A program made the translations under genes and the position numbers. Shown one piece after another: positions 1 to 9,253 of a stretch of DNA of 64,000 nucleotides (position 1 is its first letter; every line of letters starts with the position of its first letter). Where the stretch lies: the IMG/VR virus record IMGVR_UViG_3300025030_000045; one strand, 5' to 3'. The notes beneath the pieces were generated by a model. That model saw only the letters and a program-made list of their open reading frames with translations. It was not told the DNA's origin and searched no databases. Origin of the DNA: a virus.

Positions 1-2028
1 ACTTATATCTTCTGTGAAGACGAAAAGGATTTGATTATCAAGTTCGTTGATTTCTGGTCGTCTGCGTATCCTGATATCTACACCGGGTGGAACACTGAGG
101 GATTTGACATACCATACATCGTCACTCGTATCAACAAGATTATGCCGACGAATTATGTTCTTCAACTTTCACCGATTCGGAAAGTATCGGCGCATAAGTA
201 TACCGACAACTTTGGTAACGAGCAGATCGGTTACTCAATTGAGGGCATCGTTCATTATGATTACAAAAACCTCTATGAGAAATTCTGTGTTGAACCAAGA
301 GAACAGAAGTCTCTGTCATATATTGCAAAAGTTGAATTAGGCGATGACAAGTTAGACTATGACGGGCCACTGAACGAGTTGTATGAAAATGATTTTCAGA
401 CATACATGTCATACAACATCAAAGACGTTCGGTTGGTGACAGCGATTGATAAGAAGCGTAACTATCTTGCACTTGCTATCACGATGACCTACATGGCGAA
501 ATGTGATTTCAAGGACGTCTTTGGTACAGTTGGTATCTGGGATGCATATCTCTACAACATTCTGCTGTCAAAAAAGATTCTTGCCCCACCGAAGAAATCA
601 AACATCAAAGGTCAGTTCCCTGGTGGATTCGTTGAGGACCCAAGACGTGGCCTTAACTACTGGGTTATGGTACGAGATATCGCATCTTCATATCCAAACT
701 CTATCATCACATATAACATGTCTCCAGAGACAATTGTTGATGAATCAATTCTACCAGATGAACTCAAGAACATCGCCATGCAGTTCGGTAATATTGAAAG
801 CTGTCTTGACCCCGATGTTCTTATGGAAAGAGTACAACCCGTCTTGGACAGATATGATGTCTGTATGGCACCAAACGGAACATTCTATCGTCGTGACAAG
901 ATCGGATTCATTCCAGAAATCGTTGCTGAAATTTTCGCTGGTCGTAAAGGTGCAAAGAGATCAATTAAGGAACTTGATGTATTAGAGAAGACACCTGACA
1001 TTAAGAACCAAATTGCTTCACTTGATGCAATTCAGGGAGCATTTAAGGTATTCATGAACAGTCTTTACGGTGCGATGTCAAACGAATGGTTTAGATATTT
1101 TGACCTTCGTATCGCCGCCGCCATTACATCAGCAGGTCAGACATCCGTTCGTGGTGCTGCAAGATACATTGAAAAGAAACTCCCGGATGTCAAAAACATT
1201 TACACAGACACCGACTCCGTTTTCCTTGACATGGTTCCGACTCTTAATAAACGTTTTGGGGATGAACTACCAGACAATGAAACGGTCGTACACTTCCTGT
1301 TGAAATATAGTGACATGGTTCTTGATCCTGTCCTCAAGGAGTTCTTCAACAAGTTGACGGATGGTCTTAACACAAAACAGAAGACTCTGACGATGGAGCA
1401 TGAATCTATCTCAAACGTCTGCTTGTTCCGTGAAAAGAAAATGTATGCCATGCGGTTGCTTGAGAACGAAGGTACATTCTACTTCGACAAAACGAAACTG
1501 AAGATCAAAGGCATCGAAGTGGTGCGGACATCAACACCGCAATTTGTTCGTGATGCCCTTAAACGAACACTTGAGTTAATCTTCGAAACGGCCGATCAGA
1601 AAGCCGTTAAGGATTATCTTGATTCACAACATGTTATCTTCAAGACATTGCCATTTGAGAAGGTTGCATTCCCTCGTGGTGTCAACGAATTCAACAAGTA
1701 CATTGGTCAAACGAAAGGTGTTCCGTTAGCACCAAGAGCCGCCATTGTCTTTAACAAATTCGTTAAGATGATGAATCTTGAAGATAAGTATCAACTGATA
1801 CACGAAGGCGATAAAGTTAAATACTGCTATCTCAAAGAACCAAATCGAGTTGGCTCTAATGCCATTGCTTGTTTAGATAAGTTCCCCGTTGAGTTTGATC
1901 GAATGTGTCCGATTGATTATGACCTTCAGTGGGAGAAGGCTTATATGAATCCAATGGAGAAGATCTTTGAACTGATCGGTTGGTCAATGAATAATAAAGC
2001 AGTCAGTTTAGAAGATTTTTTCTCCTAG
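1..2028 (+). CDS. 43: Family B DNA polymerase, T4 gp43-like (5'-truncated by window edge)
   Basis: ExoII GWNTEGFDIPY, ExoIII YNIKDV, motif A DIASSYP, motif B KVFMNSLYG, motif C YTDTDS, KGIEVVR; frame open back to base 1; C-terminal SLEDFFS clamp-binding-like tail. Confidence 0.97.
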   Translation, partial: TYIFCEDEKDLIIKFVDFWSSAYPDIYTGWNTEGFDIPYIVTRINKIMPTNYVLQLSPIRKVSAHKYTDNFGNEQIGYSIEGIVHYDYKNLYEKFCVEPREQKSLSYIAKVELGDDKLDYDGPLNELYENDFQTYMSYNIKDVRLVTAIDKKRNYLALAITMTYMAKCDFKDVFGTVGIWDAYLYNILLSKKILAPPKKSNIKGQFPGGFVEDPRRGLNYWVMVRDIASSYPNSIITYNMSPETIVDESILPDELKNIAMQFGNIESCLDPDVLMERVQPVLDRYDVCMAPNGTFYRRDKIGFIPEIVAEIFAGRKGAKRSIKELDVLEKTPDIKNQIASLDAIQGAFKVFMNSLYGAMSNEWFRYFDLRIAAAITSAGQTSVRGAARYIEKKLPDVKNIYTDTDSVFLDMVPTLNKRFGDELPDNETVVHFLLKYSDMVLDPVLKEFFNKLTDGLNTKQKTLTMEHESISNVCLFREKKMYAMRLLENEGTFYFDKTKLKIKGIEVVRTSTPQFVRDALKRTLELIFETADQKAVKDYLDSQHVIFKTLPFEKVAFPRGVNEFNKYIGQTKGVPLAPRAAIVFNKFVKMMNLEDKYQLIHEGDKVKYCYLKEPNRVGSNAIACLDKFPVEFDRMCPIDYDLQWEKAYMNPMEKIFELIGWSMNNKAVSLEDFFS

Positions 2029-2041
2029 CAGTATTTTTTAA

Positions 2042-2070
2042 TTGACATAGCCTCTTGATGATTGTATTTT
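2042..2070 (+). promoter_or_regulatory. sigma70-like early promoter
   Basis: TTGACA-17bp-TATTTT upstream of AGGAGG RBS and ATG 2107. Confidence 0.55.
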
Positions 2071-2106
2071 GCATCTGCGAATTACAATTCATCAGGAGGC
2101 TTTTTA

Positions 2107-2526
2107 ATGTCACTTGAAAAAACATTTGGTGTTTTGCGTTTTGAGATTAAGCGAGATGATAATGATCAAGATTTTGGTGGGATTTATACTTCTCGTTGCC
2201 ACCATGACGAAGTTCGATCTTATATGTCCAACAGCCCCCATATTTTTGCCCACCCGGAACCATACCGTGATATGCTCAGTGATATGGAAGAAGATGACTT
2301 TTGTGGATTTATTTCACCACAGCAGCTTTTCGATTGGTTCTATCCGAAGGATGTCATGTTCTTTAGTAGAGTCGGTGGGGTTTTTCTTAGTCAATACGAA
2401 ACCGATATTGCTCCGCGGGTTGGGCAGATGCAGACTCTTTTCAAAAAGAATGAATCGACCCTTAAACATCGATGCCAACTAGGATGTATGTTGGGTCAGC
2501 ACCAAAAAGATATGGAAGAGGAATAA
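2107..2526 (+). CDS. Hypothetical phage protein
   Basis: ORF with AGGAGG RBS before ATG 2107 (track start 2062 is an upstream TTG). Confidence 0.75.
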   Translation: MSLEKTFGVLRFEIKRDDNDQDFGGIYTSRCHHDEVRSYMSNSPHIFAHPEPYRDMLSDMEEDDFCGFISPQQLFDWFYPKDVMFFSRVGGVFLSQYETDIAPRVGQMQTLFKKNESTLKHRCQLGCMLGQHQKDMEEE

Positions 2527-2531
2527 AGTTG

Positions 2532-2560
2532 TTGACAAGTGATGATAAATGTTATAAAAT
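2532..2560 (+). promoter_or_regulatory. sigma70-like early promoter
   Basis: TTGACA-17bp-TAAAAT in intergenic region. Confidence 0.75.
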
Positions 2561-2595
2561 AAACACTTTGTCGATGATTGCCTTTAAGGAGAACA

Positions 2596-2931
2596 ATGAA
2601 GAATAAAATTAGAGAATTCTTGAAGACGTTGAGTATTGAGGAAATCAATATGATACCGTCATTGATCACCGAAGGATTAAATGAACGCCTTCTCGCCGAC
2701 CTTCAACCCGGAATGGATGTTATCACTCTCTGTTCTGGTTTCAGTTGTGGTGCGGGTCGCAGGTGTAAATTCATGGGTTTTGTAAAACAAGGGGAACCGA
2801 CTGACCGTGATTCTGTTTGGGGCGATGATTACGCCACATTCGGTGACGGTCATCGTGTTCAGTGGTTAGTAACACCAGATAAATTGAGTTCCAAGATCAA
2901 AATTTATCTCACTAACAAAGAAAAGGAGTAA
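2596..2931 (+). CDS. Hypothetical protein
   Basis: AAGGAG RBS, ATG 2596. Confidence 0.7.
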   Translation: MKNKIREFLKTLSIEEINMIPSLITEGLNERLLADLQPGMDVITLCSGFSCGAGRRCKFMGFVKQGEPTDRDSVWGDDYATFGDGHRVQWLVTPDKLSSKIKIYLTNKEKE

Positions 2932-2939
2932 CATCACGT

Positions 2940-4259
2940 ATGCTGTCAAAACAAATCAGTAGTCCAAAAGTCGGTCTCATCGTACAAGGTCGCAACGGAA
3001 TTCGGGAGGTCGTGCGGGTCTTTGACGGGATTAGCACAAACAGAGTTCCAACCCATTTCATCGATTACAAACAGAACGGCGTTGTCAAGTGCATCAGTCG
3101 CGAGTCATGGCAGGATTGGTGCCGCAAGAACAACGTCAACATCGTTTCCCAAAAGATTTCGGTCAATCCGACGACAATCAAGGAGTTCACCGACCCGGCT
3201 CAGATAAAAACGGCCCCGATTGGTATGGGTACCGGTGCTAAGAAGACGCACATTGCATTCTGTCTTGATGAGAGCGGTTCTGTTGCAACCATTAAGCGTG
3301 CACTTATTGCGGCCTACAACATCAATGTGGTCGGCATCCGCAATGCTGTCATGAATGAGGGACAGGAAGCGACAATGTCGGCATATGCTTTCGGCGATCG
3401 CTATCTCAAGCATCGTACCATTTATGAAGGAGTCCAGGTTCAAACGGTTCGCAGTCTCAATGACAATGATCTTAAACCCTCAGGGATGACCCCTCTGTTC
3501 GATTCCGTTCACCGCGCCATCCGCGCACTCGAGAAACTTGACGACGGTAATCCTGATACTGTTTTCATCATCACAGCCGTAACGGATGGTGATGAAAATG
3601 ATTCGCGTAGTCCCGGTGTCGCCGAGACACAGCGTCTTATTCAAGAAAAGGTCGGCTCTGATCGTTGGACCTTCACCTGGCTGGTTCCCAATAAGTACGT
3701 TAACTCATTTTGCAGTAAATATAAAATCAACCGCGGCAATATTCTTCCCTGGGATGAAACCAGCGATATGGGAACCGAGCAGGCTTTCCAAACAAACACC
3801 GAGGCATATTCCTCATTCTTTTCCGCCCGTTCGGCCGGCGCTAAATCGACCAACACCTTCTATTCCAATGTCGCCAATGTCTCCAAGGAAGAGGTTAAAC
3901 AGAAACTCGTTGATATTACTAGCGAGGTCTGCATCCTTCCGATCAACTCCACCGTCGAGATTGCGCCGTACATCGAAAGCGTTACTCGTAAAGCCTTCGT
4001 CAAAGGCAGTGCATTTTACATGCTCATGAAGGCCGAAAAGGAAGTTCAGGATTACAAAAAGATCGTCATTCGTGATCGTACCACCAAACATGTTTATACC
4101 GGTGGCGGTGCTCGCCAACTCCTCGGACTCCCTGCTTTCGGAACCGTCCGTCTTGTTCCCGGTGACCACGGTGACTTCGATATTTTCATCCAATCGACTT
4201 CGCTGAATCGCAAACTGCTGCCCGGTACCTTCGTCCTTCACTGGCCGACCGTGCGTTAA
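2940..4259 (+). CDS. von Willebrand factor A (vWA) domain protein
   Basis: MIDAS-like FCLDESGS, GMTPLFD, VTDGDEN. Confidence 0.85.
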   Translation: MLSKQISSPKVGLIVQGRNGIREVVRVFDGISTNRVPTHFIDYKQNGVVKCISRESWQDWCRKNNVNIVSQKISVNPTTIKEFTDPAQIKTAPIGMGTGAKKTHIAFCLDESGSVATIKRALIAAYNINVVGIRNAVMNEGQEATMSAYAFGDRYLKHRTIYEGVQVQTVRSLNDNDLKPSGMTPLFDSVHRAIRALEKLDDGNPDTVFIITAVTDGDENDSRSPGVAETQRLIQEKVGSDRWTFTWLVPNKYVNSFCSKYKINRGNILPWDETSDMGTEQAFQTNTEAYSSFFSARSAGAKSTNTFYSNVANVSKEEVKQKLVDITSEVCILPINSTVEIAPYIESVTRKAFVKGSAFYMLMKAEKEVQDYKKIVIRDRTTKHVYTGGGARQLLGLPAFGTVRLVPGDHGDFDIFIQSTSLNRKLLPGTFVLHWPTVR

Positions 4260-4268
4260 CAAAGAACA

Positions 4269-4299
4269 TTGGCGGTGCTGATATTATCAGCACCGCCAA
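4269..4299. terminator. Near-perfect palindrome, possible terminator or RNA-processing hairpin
   Basis: TTGGCGGTGCTGATA-T-TATCAGCACCGCCAA directly after vWA stop; no U-tract. Confidence 0.55.
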
Positions 4300-4319
4300 A
4301 TCATGAAAGGAACTAATTA

Positions 4320-4499
4320 ATGAAAAAAACGTCCAAGGCTAATTTCGTAGTCCTTCTCGGTATTGCAGCAATTATGAGCGGTTGTGGGGCAAGTGCTGCG
4401 GAGAAGCAGCGGGCATTGGTGTTCGTGAAGACGACACCGCCATCACCAAGAACACCAGTCGCTATGTACCCCACCTCTTTCGTTAAGGAGACAAAATGA
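4320..4499 (+). CDS. Small lipoprotein (59 aa, not in ORF track)
   Basis: MKKTSKANFVVLLGIAAIMSGC: basic N-terminus, hydrophobic core, lipobox-like MSGC; stop overlaps next ATG (ATGA). Confidence 0.65.
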   Translation: MKKTSKANFVVLLGIAAIMSGCGASAAEKQRALVFVKTTPPSPRTPVAMYPTSFVKETK

Positions 4500-5080
4500 A
4501 ACACTTTATTCTTTCGGTCATTCTCGTTCTCTCCCTTGTCTCTTCTGCATGGTGCTTGGGAGCAGAAACTGTTAGTTCGGCAGGATTCGGCGACTTAACC
4601 GTCGAGCAGCAGGCCGATGTATTAAAAAACATTGCATCGATGAAGGCTGCTTCTGTTACAGCAAAGACAGAACTATCAACAGCAAAGCAGGCCGAGGAAT
4701 GGGTTGATCTCGGACAGAAAGTTGGTAGTGCTCTCGGTGGCGCAGCAAGAGAACTTGGTGTTGCGGCGAATGATTTTGTGAAGACACCGGTCGGCAAGAT
4801 GGCGATGTTCATCATCATCTGGAAATTTGCGGGTCACAGCGTCGTCATGGTCTGTGCCGGATTTATAATTCTTATCTGTGGCATTTCTGTCATTACTTAC
4901 TGTATGCGGCGATCTAACCCATCCATCGTTGAATATGAAGCAAGTGGCCGAAAAATTTTCGGGTTTGAATTACGGACAGTTAAAAAGAGAAATAAACCAG
5001 CAGTAGATAATATTCTCGGGTGGGTTCTTTTGTATGGGTGTGTTCTCGTTGCATCCGTGATCCTCTTTGCCAACGCATAA
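4496..5080 (+). CDS. Membrane protein with signal peptide
   Basis: N-terminal signal peptide, 2-3 hydrophobic helices, AAGGAG RBS. Confidence 0.75.
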   Translation: MKHFILSVILVLSLVSSAWCLGAETVSSAGFGDLTVEQQADVLKNIASMKAASVTAKTELSTAKQAEEWVDLGQKVGSALGGAARELGVAANDFVKTPVGKMAMFIIIWKFAGHSVVMVCAGFIILICGISVITYCMRRSNPSIVEYEASGRKIFGFELRTVKKRNKPAVDNILGWVLLYGCVLVASVILFANA

Positions 5081-5110
5081 TAACCGCTTCACTTTAGATC
5101 GGATGACATC

Positions 5111-5284
5111 ATGACAACATTCATATTCATAATGATGATTGTGTGGACAATGGTTCATCTTTATGTGACACCATCAAATTATGGCCCGATTGAAGGTATT
5201 TTGAACAACCTATTATATCATGGCAGTTTGCTTATTGTTATAATCTGTTGGGTATTATTGATGTTCTTTTACAAATATCTTTAA
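5111..5284 (+). CDS. Small two-TM membrane protein (57 aa, not in ORF track)
   Basis: MTTFIFIMMIVWTMVHLY...SLLIVIICWVLLMFFYKYL fills the gap between genes. Confidence 0.5.
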   Translation: MTTFIFIMMIVWTMVHLYVTPSNYGPIEGILNNLLYHGSLLIVIICWVLLMFFYKYL

Positions 5285-5300
5285 GAGAGCGAGTGAGATC

Positions 5301-5594
5301 ATGGAATTATCTTCAACAAAAGCAAAAGCAATTATTTGGATGGCAAAAATGAATTTCCAAAAGGCCGTCGATGACTACAGCAAAGTCAGGGAAGAGATTG
5401 CCGGTATTGAAATAAGACGAATGATATATGATGCCAACAACAGAGATGATGGATTTGGTCCGGTGAGCAATCGTCCTGATGTCAGCCAATACCTCAAGGA
5501 CAAAGAAGTTCAAATGCTTGAGAAAAAGAAAGAGGCCGAAGCAATCTACGATTATGCCATCGAAGTCTTTCTCTTGAAACTGGATGACAAATGA
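5301..5594 (+). CDS. Hypothetical protein
   Basis: ORF in tightly packed operon. Confidence 0.65.
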   Translation: MELSSTKAKAIIWMAKMNFQKAVDDYSKVREEIAGIEIRRMIYDANNRDDGFGPVSNRPDVSQYLKDKEVQMLEKKKEAEAIYDYAIEVFLLKLDDK

Positions 5595-6109
5595 AAAAGC
5601 TTGATACACTAATCCACTTCTTCGATGACCCTTGTGATGATCTTCTCATCAAGGTTAACCCCGTCATTGACTACACCGTCAGGGCGCTATGTGTTGAACC
5701 TTATGAAGCTCATCCCAAGGGTTGTCCGAATGTTGGGAAGTGCGATCGGTGTCCACCAGAAGCACCACTGTTCGATCGTTTCTTTGATACATCAAAGCCG
5801 ATCTATGCAATCGTCAATGAGTTCGATCTTGGTTCACATGTTGAGCGACTGAGAGTGAAGCACCCCGATTGGAGTGAAAGACAACTACGATGTGTTCTCT
5901 ATTGGCAGGGAACAGCAAGGAAACAACTCAGGGAGAAAATCGGATACGCCCTTGCTTCTGAGAAATGTCAAGGATATGTTGCAACATGGTGTCCCGAAGG
6001 AATGGGTGTTAATGTTTCTGAGACTCTCGTTGAGGTTGGTATTCATCTCGAATGGCCCCCAACAAAAATCGCCCGGCAGGTTGCCTTCGTCGGTGAAAGG
6101 GCAAAGTGA
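5591..6109 (+). CDS. Predicted metal-binding protein (DUF2284-like)
   Basis: C...GCPNVGKCDRCPP and CPEGMGVNVSETL motifs. Confidence 0.65.
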   Translation: MKKLDTLIHFFDDPCDDLLIKVNPVIDYTVRALCVEPYEAHPKGCPNVGKCDRCPPEAPLFDRFFDTSKPIYAIVNEFDLGSHVERLRVKHPDWSERQLRCVLYWQGTARKQLREKIGYALASEKCQGYVATWCPEGMGVNVSETLVEVGIHLEWPPTKIARQVAFVGERAK

Positions 6110-6441
6110 TGGAATTCTTTACTGATGAACTGATTAAACTGAAAGAGCAAGAACGTGTTATCAAGAGACAACACCTAGACATCGAGGAAAAGATTCGGGC
6201 GATAGAGGATTTAAATTACCTCATAAAGACGTTTGGTATTGTCTGTGATTTCTTACCTCCATCTTTAGAGGACTGGACCCACTTTGAACACATGTTCGAA
6301 CGTTATGACGGAACAACACTTATCATCAATTATGATCGCCGTTGGGTTGGTTTTCATGAGTTAAGCGAATATGACCATATGCAGGAATTTATTTTGCCGC
6401 GATGGTACGAATTTAAAAAGGATGAGGACACAACAAAATGA
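6106..6441 (+). CDS. Hypothetical protein
   Basis: Overlapping start/stop with neighbours. Confidence 0.6.
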   Translation: MMEFFTDELIKLKEQERVIKRQHLDIEEKIRAIEDLNYLIKTFGIVCDFLPPSLEDWTHFEHMFERYDGTTLIINYDRRWVGFHELSEYDHMQEFILPRWYEFKKDEDTTK

Positions 6442-6674
6442 GTATGAGCGAGATCGAAGGAAAGGATGTCCACTGCGACATTTGTAAAAGACACGTTGGT
6501 CGCATCCGCGAAGGCAGTAAGTTGATGAAGGGAATGGTTTGCCTTTGCCCAACATGCAATGTCACAGAACAGTCAAGACGGATGCGCGATGATATGACTC
6601 GTAATGGCGTGAAGAAATCAGAACCAGATTTTAGTAGTATTTTCGGTGATGTGTTCAGTGGAAAAAATGATTAA
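6438..6674 (+). CDS. Small zinc-ribbon protein
   Basis: CDIC and CPTC pairs, GAGG RBS. Confidence 0.6.
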   Translation: MSMSEIEGKDVHCDICKRHVGRIREGSKLMKGMVCLCPTCNVTEQSRRMRDDMTRNGVKKSEPDFSSIFGDVFSGKND

Positions 6675-6682
6675 TATTTTTG

Positions 6683-6711
6683 TTGACATGGTCTTCATCT
6701 TGTGTTAAAAT
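6683..6711 (+). promoter_or_regulatory. sigma70-like early promoter with extended -10
   Basis: TTGACA-17bp-TAAAAT with TG one base upstream of the -10. Confidence 0.8.
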
Positions 6712-6738
6712 TGTTTCAAATCACAAGAGGAGATCAAG

Positions 6739-6972
6739 ATGAAATGCCCGGAATGTGGTAAGAACCATCGTTCAGAAGATTTGAAGTATCACTGCTACAT
6801 CAAGATCGAAAATCTGTGGGTACATTACATCATTCTCTGTTCAAACTTACCCGGCGGTGTTACCGAAGAAAATCTACTGTCGTATACGCAGCCGACCAAC
6901 ATTGAGTTTTACCGGGAAGTCAAGGCGCGCCGGGAAGCGATGGCGCTATATTACAAACCACAGGAAGGCTAA
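6739..6972 (+). CDS. Hypothetical protein (CxxC N-terminus)
   Basis: GAGGAG RBS. Confidence 0.65.
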   Translation: MKCPECGKNHRSEDLKYHCYIKIENLWVHYIILCSNLPGGVTEENLLSYTQPTNIEFYREVKARREAMALYYKPQEG

Positions 6973-7323
6973 GTGATGGAACACGACATTGATTCAATCA
7001 TCGCCCACATCATAGAGCTAACGAACCGGGTAGACAGAAATTTTGATGTATCTCCCGTTGAGATTCTGAATGCTTATACGATGGTGATCACCCATATCAT
7101 CATGACGAACCCTGTCATTGAAGATGGGTTGACTGAGACTGTCCCGAAAGCATTGATGATCATCAACCACAATATTTGGTTGACACGGTGGAAGTACGAA
7201 CAGTCTTTTGATTTTAAGAATCGGCGAATCGGTGATCATAACAAAGCGTATCACATTAGTCAGTTGAACTTTATGTTATCAAAATGCGAAAAGATTAAGA
7301 TTATCGAGGGGTTAAAGAAATGA
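6973..7323 (+). CDS. Hypothetical protein
   Basis: Packed ORF. Confidence 0.6.
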   Translation: MMEHDIDSIIAHIIELTNRVDRNFDVSPVEILNAYTMVITHIIMTNPVIEDGLTETVPKALMIINHNIWLTRWKYEQSFDFKNRRIGDHNKAYHISQLNFMLSKCEKIKIIEGLKK

Positions 7324-7694
7324 AAACTCGTTTAATAGAAGCATGCATTGATTGCGTTGGTAATGTCTATATCAGGAATCAGAATCGTGGGTGTTTATCA
7401 CGCGTTTGTGTTGACGCTAAACGTATATTTTCTGATATTGTTGACATCATGCAGGTCGGGAAAACTTACACCATCGAGGTTAAGATTTCGAGTCTTCCTG
7501 TACTGTCTAAAACTGATGGTGTAACATTACATCGTGATGGCGCGTTTTGGGGACTCTCGAAAAACAACTATCGTACTAGTCTCACGGGTGCTCATGAAAG
7601 GATTCTTAACATCAGTCTAAAGTATGGTGGGTTTAATCCTTACCATATTTTCAAACGGAGAGTCACCGCAACAGTGATATCGGTAACCGAATGA
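7320..7694 (+). CDS. Hypothetical protein
   Basis: ATGA overlap with previous gene. Confidence 0.6.
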   Translation: MKTRLIEACIDCVGNVYIRNQNRGCLSRVCVDAKRIFSDIVDIMQVGKTYTIEVKISSLPVLSKTDGVTLHRDGAFWGLSKNNYRTSLTGAHERILNISLKYGGFNPYHIFKRRVTATVISVTE

Positions 7695-7927
7695 GTACAT
7701 CAGCCTGGCAAAGTTCTATGGATGATGCAAGAGAAGTTAAACAGATTCATGCCAATAAGAAGAACCGATGTTCAAATTGGCGATGTTGGTCAGCCGACGT
7801 CTTCGTTGTCAACATCCTTTTTCACCATTCACTCGTCACCTTTAAATGTTCGTGTTGTGGAAATATTTTCCAACTGAATCGTTTTAAAGCATTGAACAGA
7901 AAACCTTATGTCTGGGAAAAAAGTTAA
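7691..7927 (+). CDS. Small Cys-rich hypothetical protein
   Basis: ATGA overlap; CSNWRC and CSCC. Confidence 0.55.
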   Translation: MSTSAWQSSMDDAREVKQIHANKKNRCSNWRCWSADVFVVNILFHHSLVTFKCSCCGNIFQLNRFKALNRKPYVWEKS

Positions 7928-7994
7928 TGCAAAGATTGCTGACGAATTAGATAAGATTTTCTGATCTTATCCCAAAACATAAATAAACACATCA

Positions 7995-8036
7995 AGGCGG
8001 ACCGAAAGGTTGGATGAATTCGGTCCGCCTACTTTT
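7995..8036 (+). terminator. Intrinsic terminator-like hairpin upstream of Thg1-like gene
   Basis: AGGCGGACCGAA / TTCGGTCCGCCT 12-bp stem followed by ACTTTT. Confidence 0.65.
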
Positions 8037-8055
8037 GTCTTAAGGAGAATGAATT

Positions 8056-8781
8056 ATGTCAACCAAAGATAGTCTCGGAGATCGTATGAAAGGCTTCTAT
8101 GAAGCCAGGTCAAAAACATATTTAGCTCGAAGAACACCGGTCATCCTGCGTCTTGATGGGAAAGCATTCCACACGTTCACTCGTGGTTGTGTGAAACCGT
8201 TTGATGAACGCCTACAAGGTGCAATGGAAGCGACTGCAAGATTTCTTTTAGAAAACATTCAAGGGGTCAAGTTGGCATACACCCAGTCTGACGAGATCAC
8301 CCTGCTGTTGACTGACTATGATCGTCTTGAGACAGACGCCTGGTTTGATTACAATGTGCAGAAGATGTGTTCGATTGCCGCGAGTATGGCGGGCGTTAAG
8401 TTCACGTTAGAGTATGCAGATGATGACACTCATTTGTGTGATGTCGACCCAGCATACTTTGATTGCCGCGCATTCAACATTCCGAAAGAAGAAGTCAGCA
8501 ACTGTTTTTATTGGCGGTGCCTTGACTGGGAACGGAATTCGGTTCAGATGTTGGCACAGGCTCACTATTCGGCTAAACAACTTCATGGCGTATCATGTGC
8601 AATGGCAAAGGACATGTTAATCTGTCAGAAGAATATCAATTGGAATGAATTGGCCGATAAGTGGAAGTATGGTTCATTCATTCAACGTGATGAATTCGGT
8701 GATGTATCAATATCATCGGTTAACCTCAAGAATGATCGTTCATGGATTGACGAACTCGTAAACAGAGGTGAATATGTTTAG
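8056..8781 (+). CDS. thg1: tRNA(His) guanylyltransferase Thg1-like protein (3'-5' nucleotidyltransferase)
   Basis: RLDGKAFHTFT, YTQSDEITL, QKMCSIAAS, FDCRAF, YWR...RNS motifs. Confidence 0.92.
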   Translation: MSTKDSLGDRMKGFYEARSKTYLARRTPVILRLDGKAFHTFTRGCVKPFDERLQGAMEATARFLLENIQGVKLAYTQSDEITLLLTDYDRLETDAWFDYNVQKMCSIAASMAGVKFTLEYADDDTHLCDVDPAYFDCRAFNIPKEEVSNCFYWRCLDWERNSVQMLAQAHYSAKQLHGVSCAMAKDMLICQKNINWNELADKWKYGSFIQRDEFGDVSISSVNLKNDRSWIDELVNRGEYV

Positions 8782-9154
8782 TTGGTGGAAGAAAGAAAAG
8801 AAAGAGGTCGATGAAAAGCCGATCCAACAGAATCATATTGCCATCGTAATTGAGGAGCCGACGCTGTTGGAATTGGCAACCGTCGCCTCTCGTGCTTTTG
8901 AATTTCGACGTGGTGGCTTTACAATAAAACAAAGAGCAAAATCCCAACGCAATTCAGATGAAGCCTGTAAAAAATTCTTTGATGCATTTTATGCGGTCTA
9001 TCCTTGGCCCGGCTACATATATCTGCGCCGCCTTCATTATGGTCAGAAGGCAACATATGTGGCCATTGTCACTAGTGTTTTACCCGAGTCACCAATAAAA
9101 CATGATGGGCGATTGGCGCGTATTGAATGTATCAGCGATACTGAGATAAAATAA
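8768..9154 (+). CDS. Hypothetical protein
   Basis: GAGGTG RBS near ATG 8774. Confidence 0.6.
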   Translation: MNMFSWWKKEKKEVDEKPIQQNHIAIVIEEPTLLELATVASRAFEFRRGGFTIKQRAKSQRNSDEACKKFFDAFYAVYPWPGYIYLRRLHYGQKATYVAIVTSVLPESPIKHDGRLARIECISDTEIK

Positions 9155-9155
9155 A

Positions 9156-9252
9156 CTCTATCATTCCTGGTCTTTCCTCTGGATTCATCAAATTCTTTAA
9201 ACATAAATACTATCACAACAAATTTAAAGTCCTAACAGAGGAGGAATTAGAG
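9156..9252 (+). promoter_or_regulatory. Late-promoter variant (CATAAATA, 9202-9209) inside a predicted RBS-sequestering hairpin
   Basis: CTCTA/TAGAG, ATTCC/GGAAT, TCCTCTG/CAGAGGA and CTTTAAA/TTTAAAG complementary blocks flank CATAAATA and cover the GAGGAGG RBS. Confidence 0.5.
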
Positions 9253-9253
9253 A

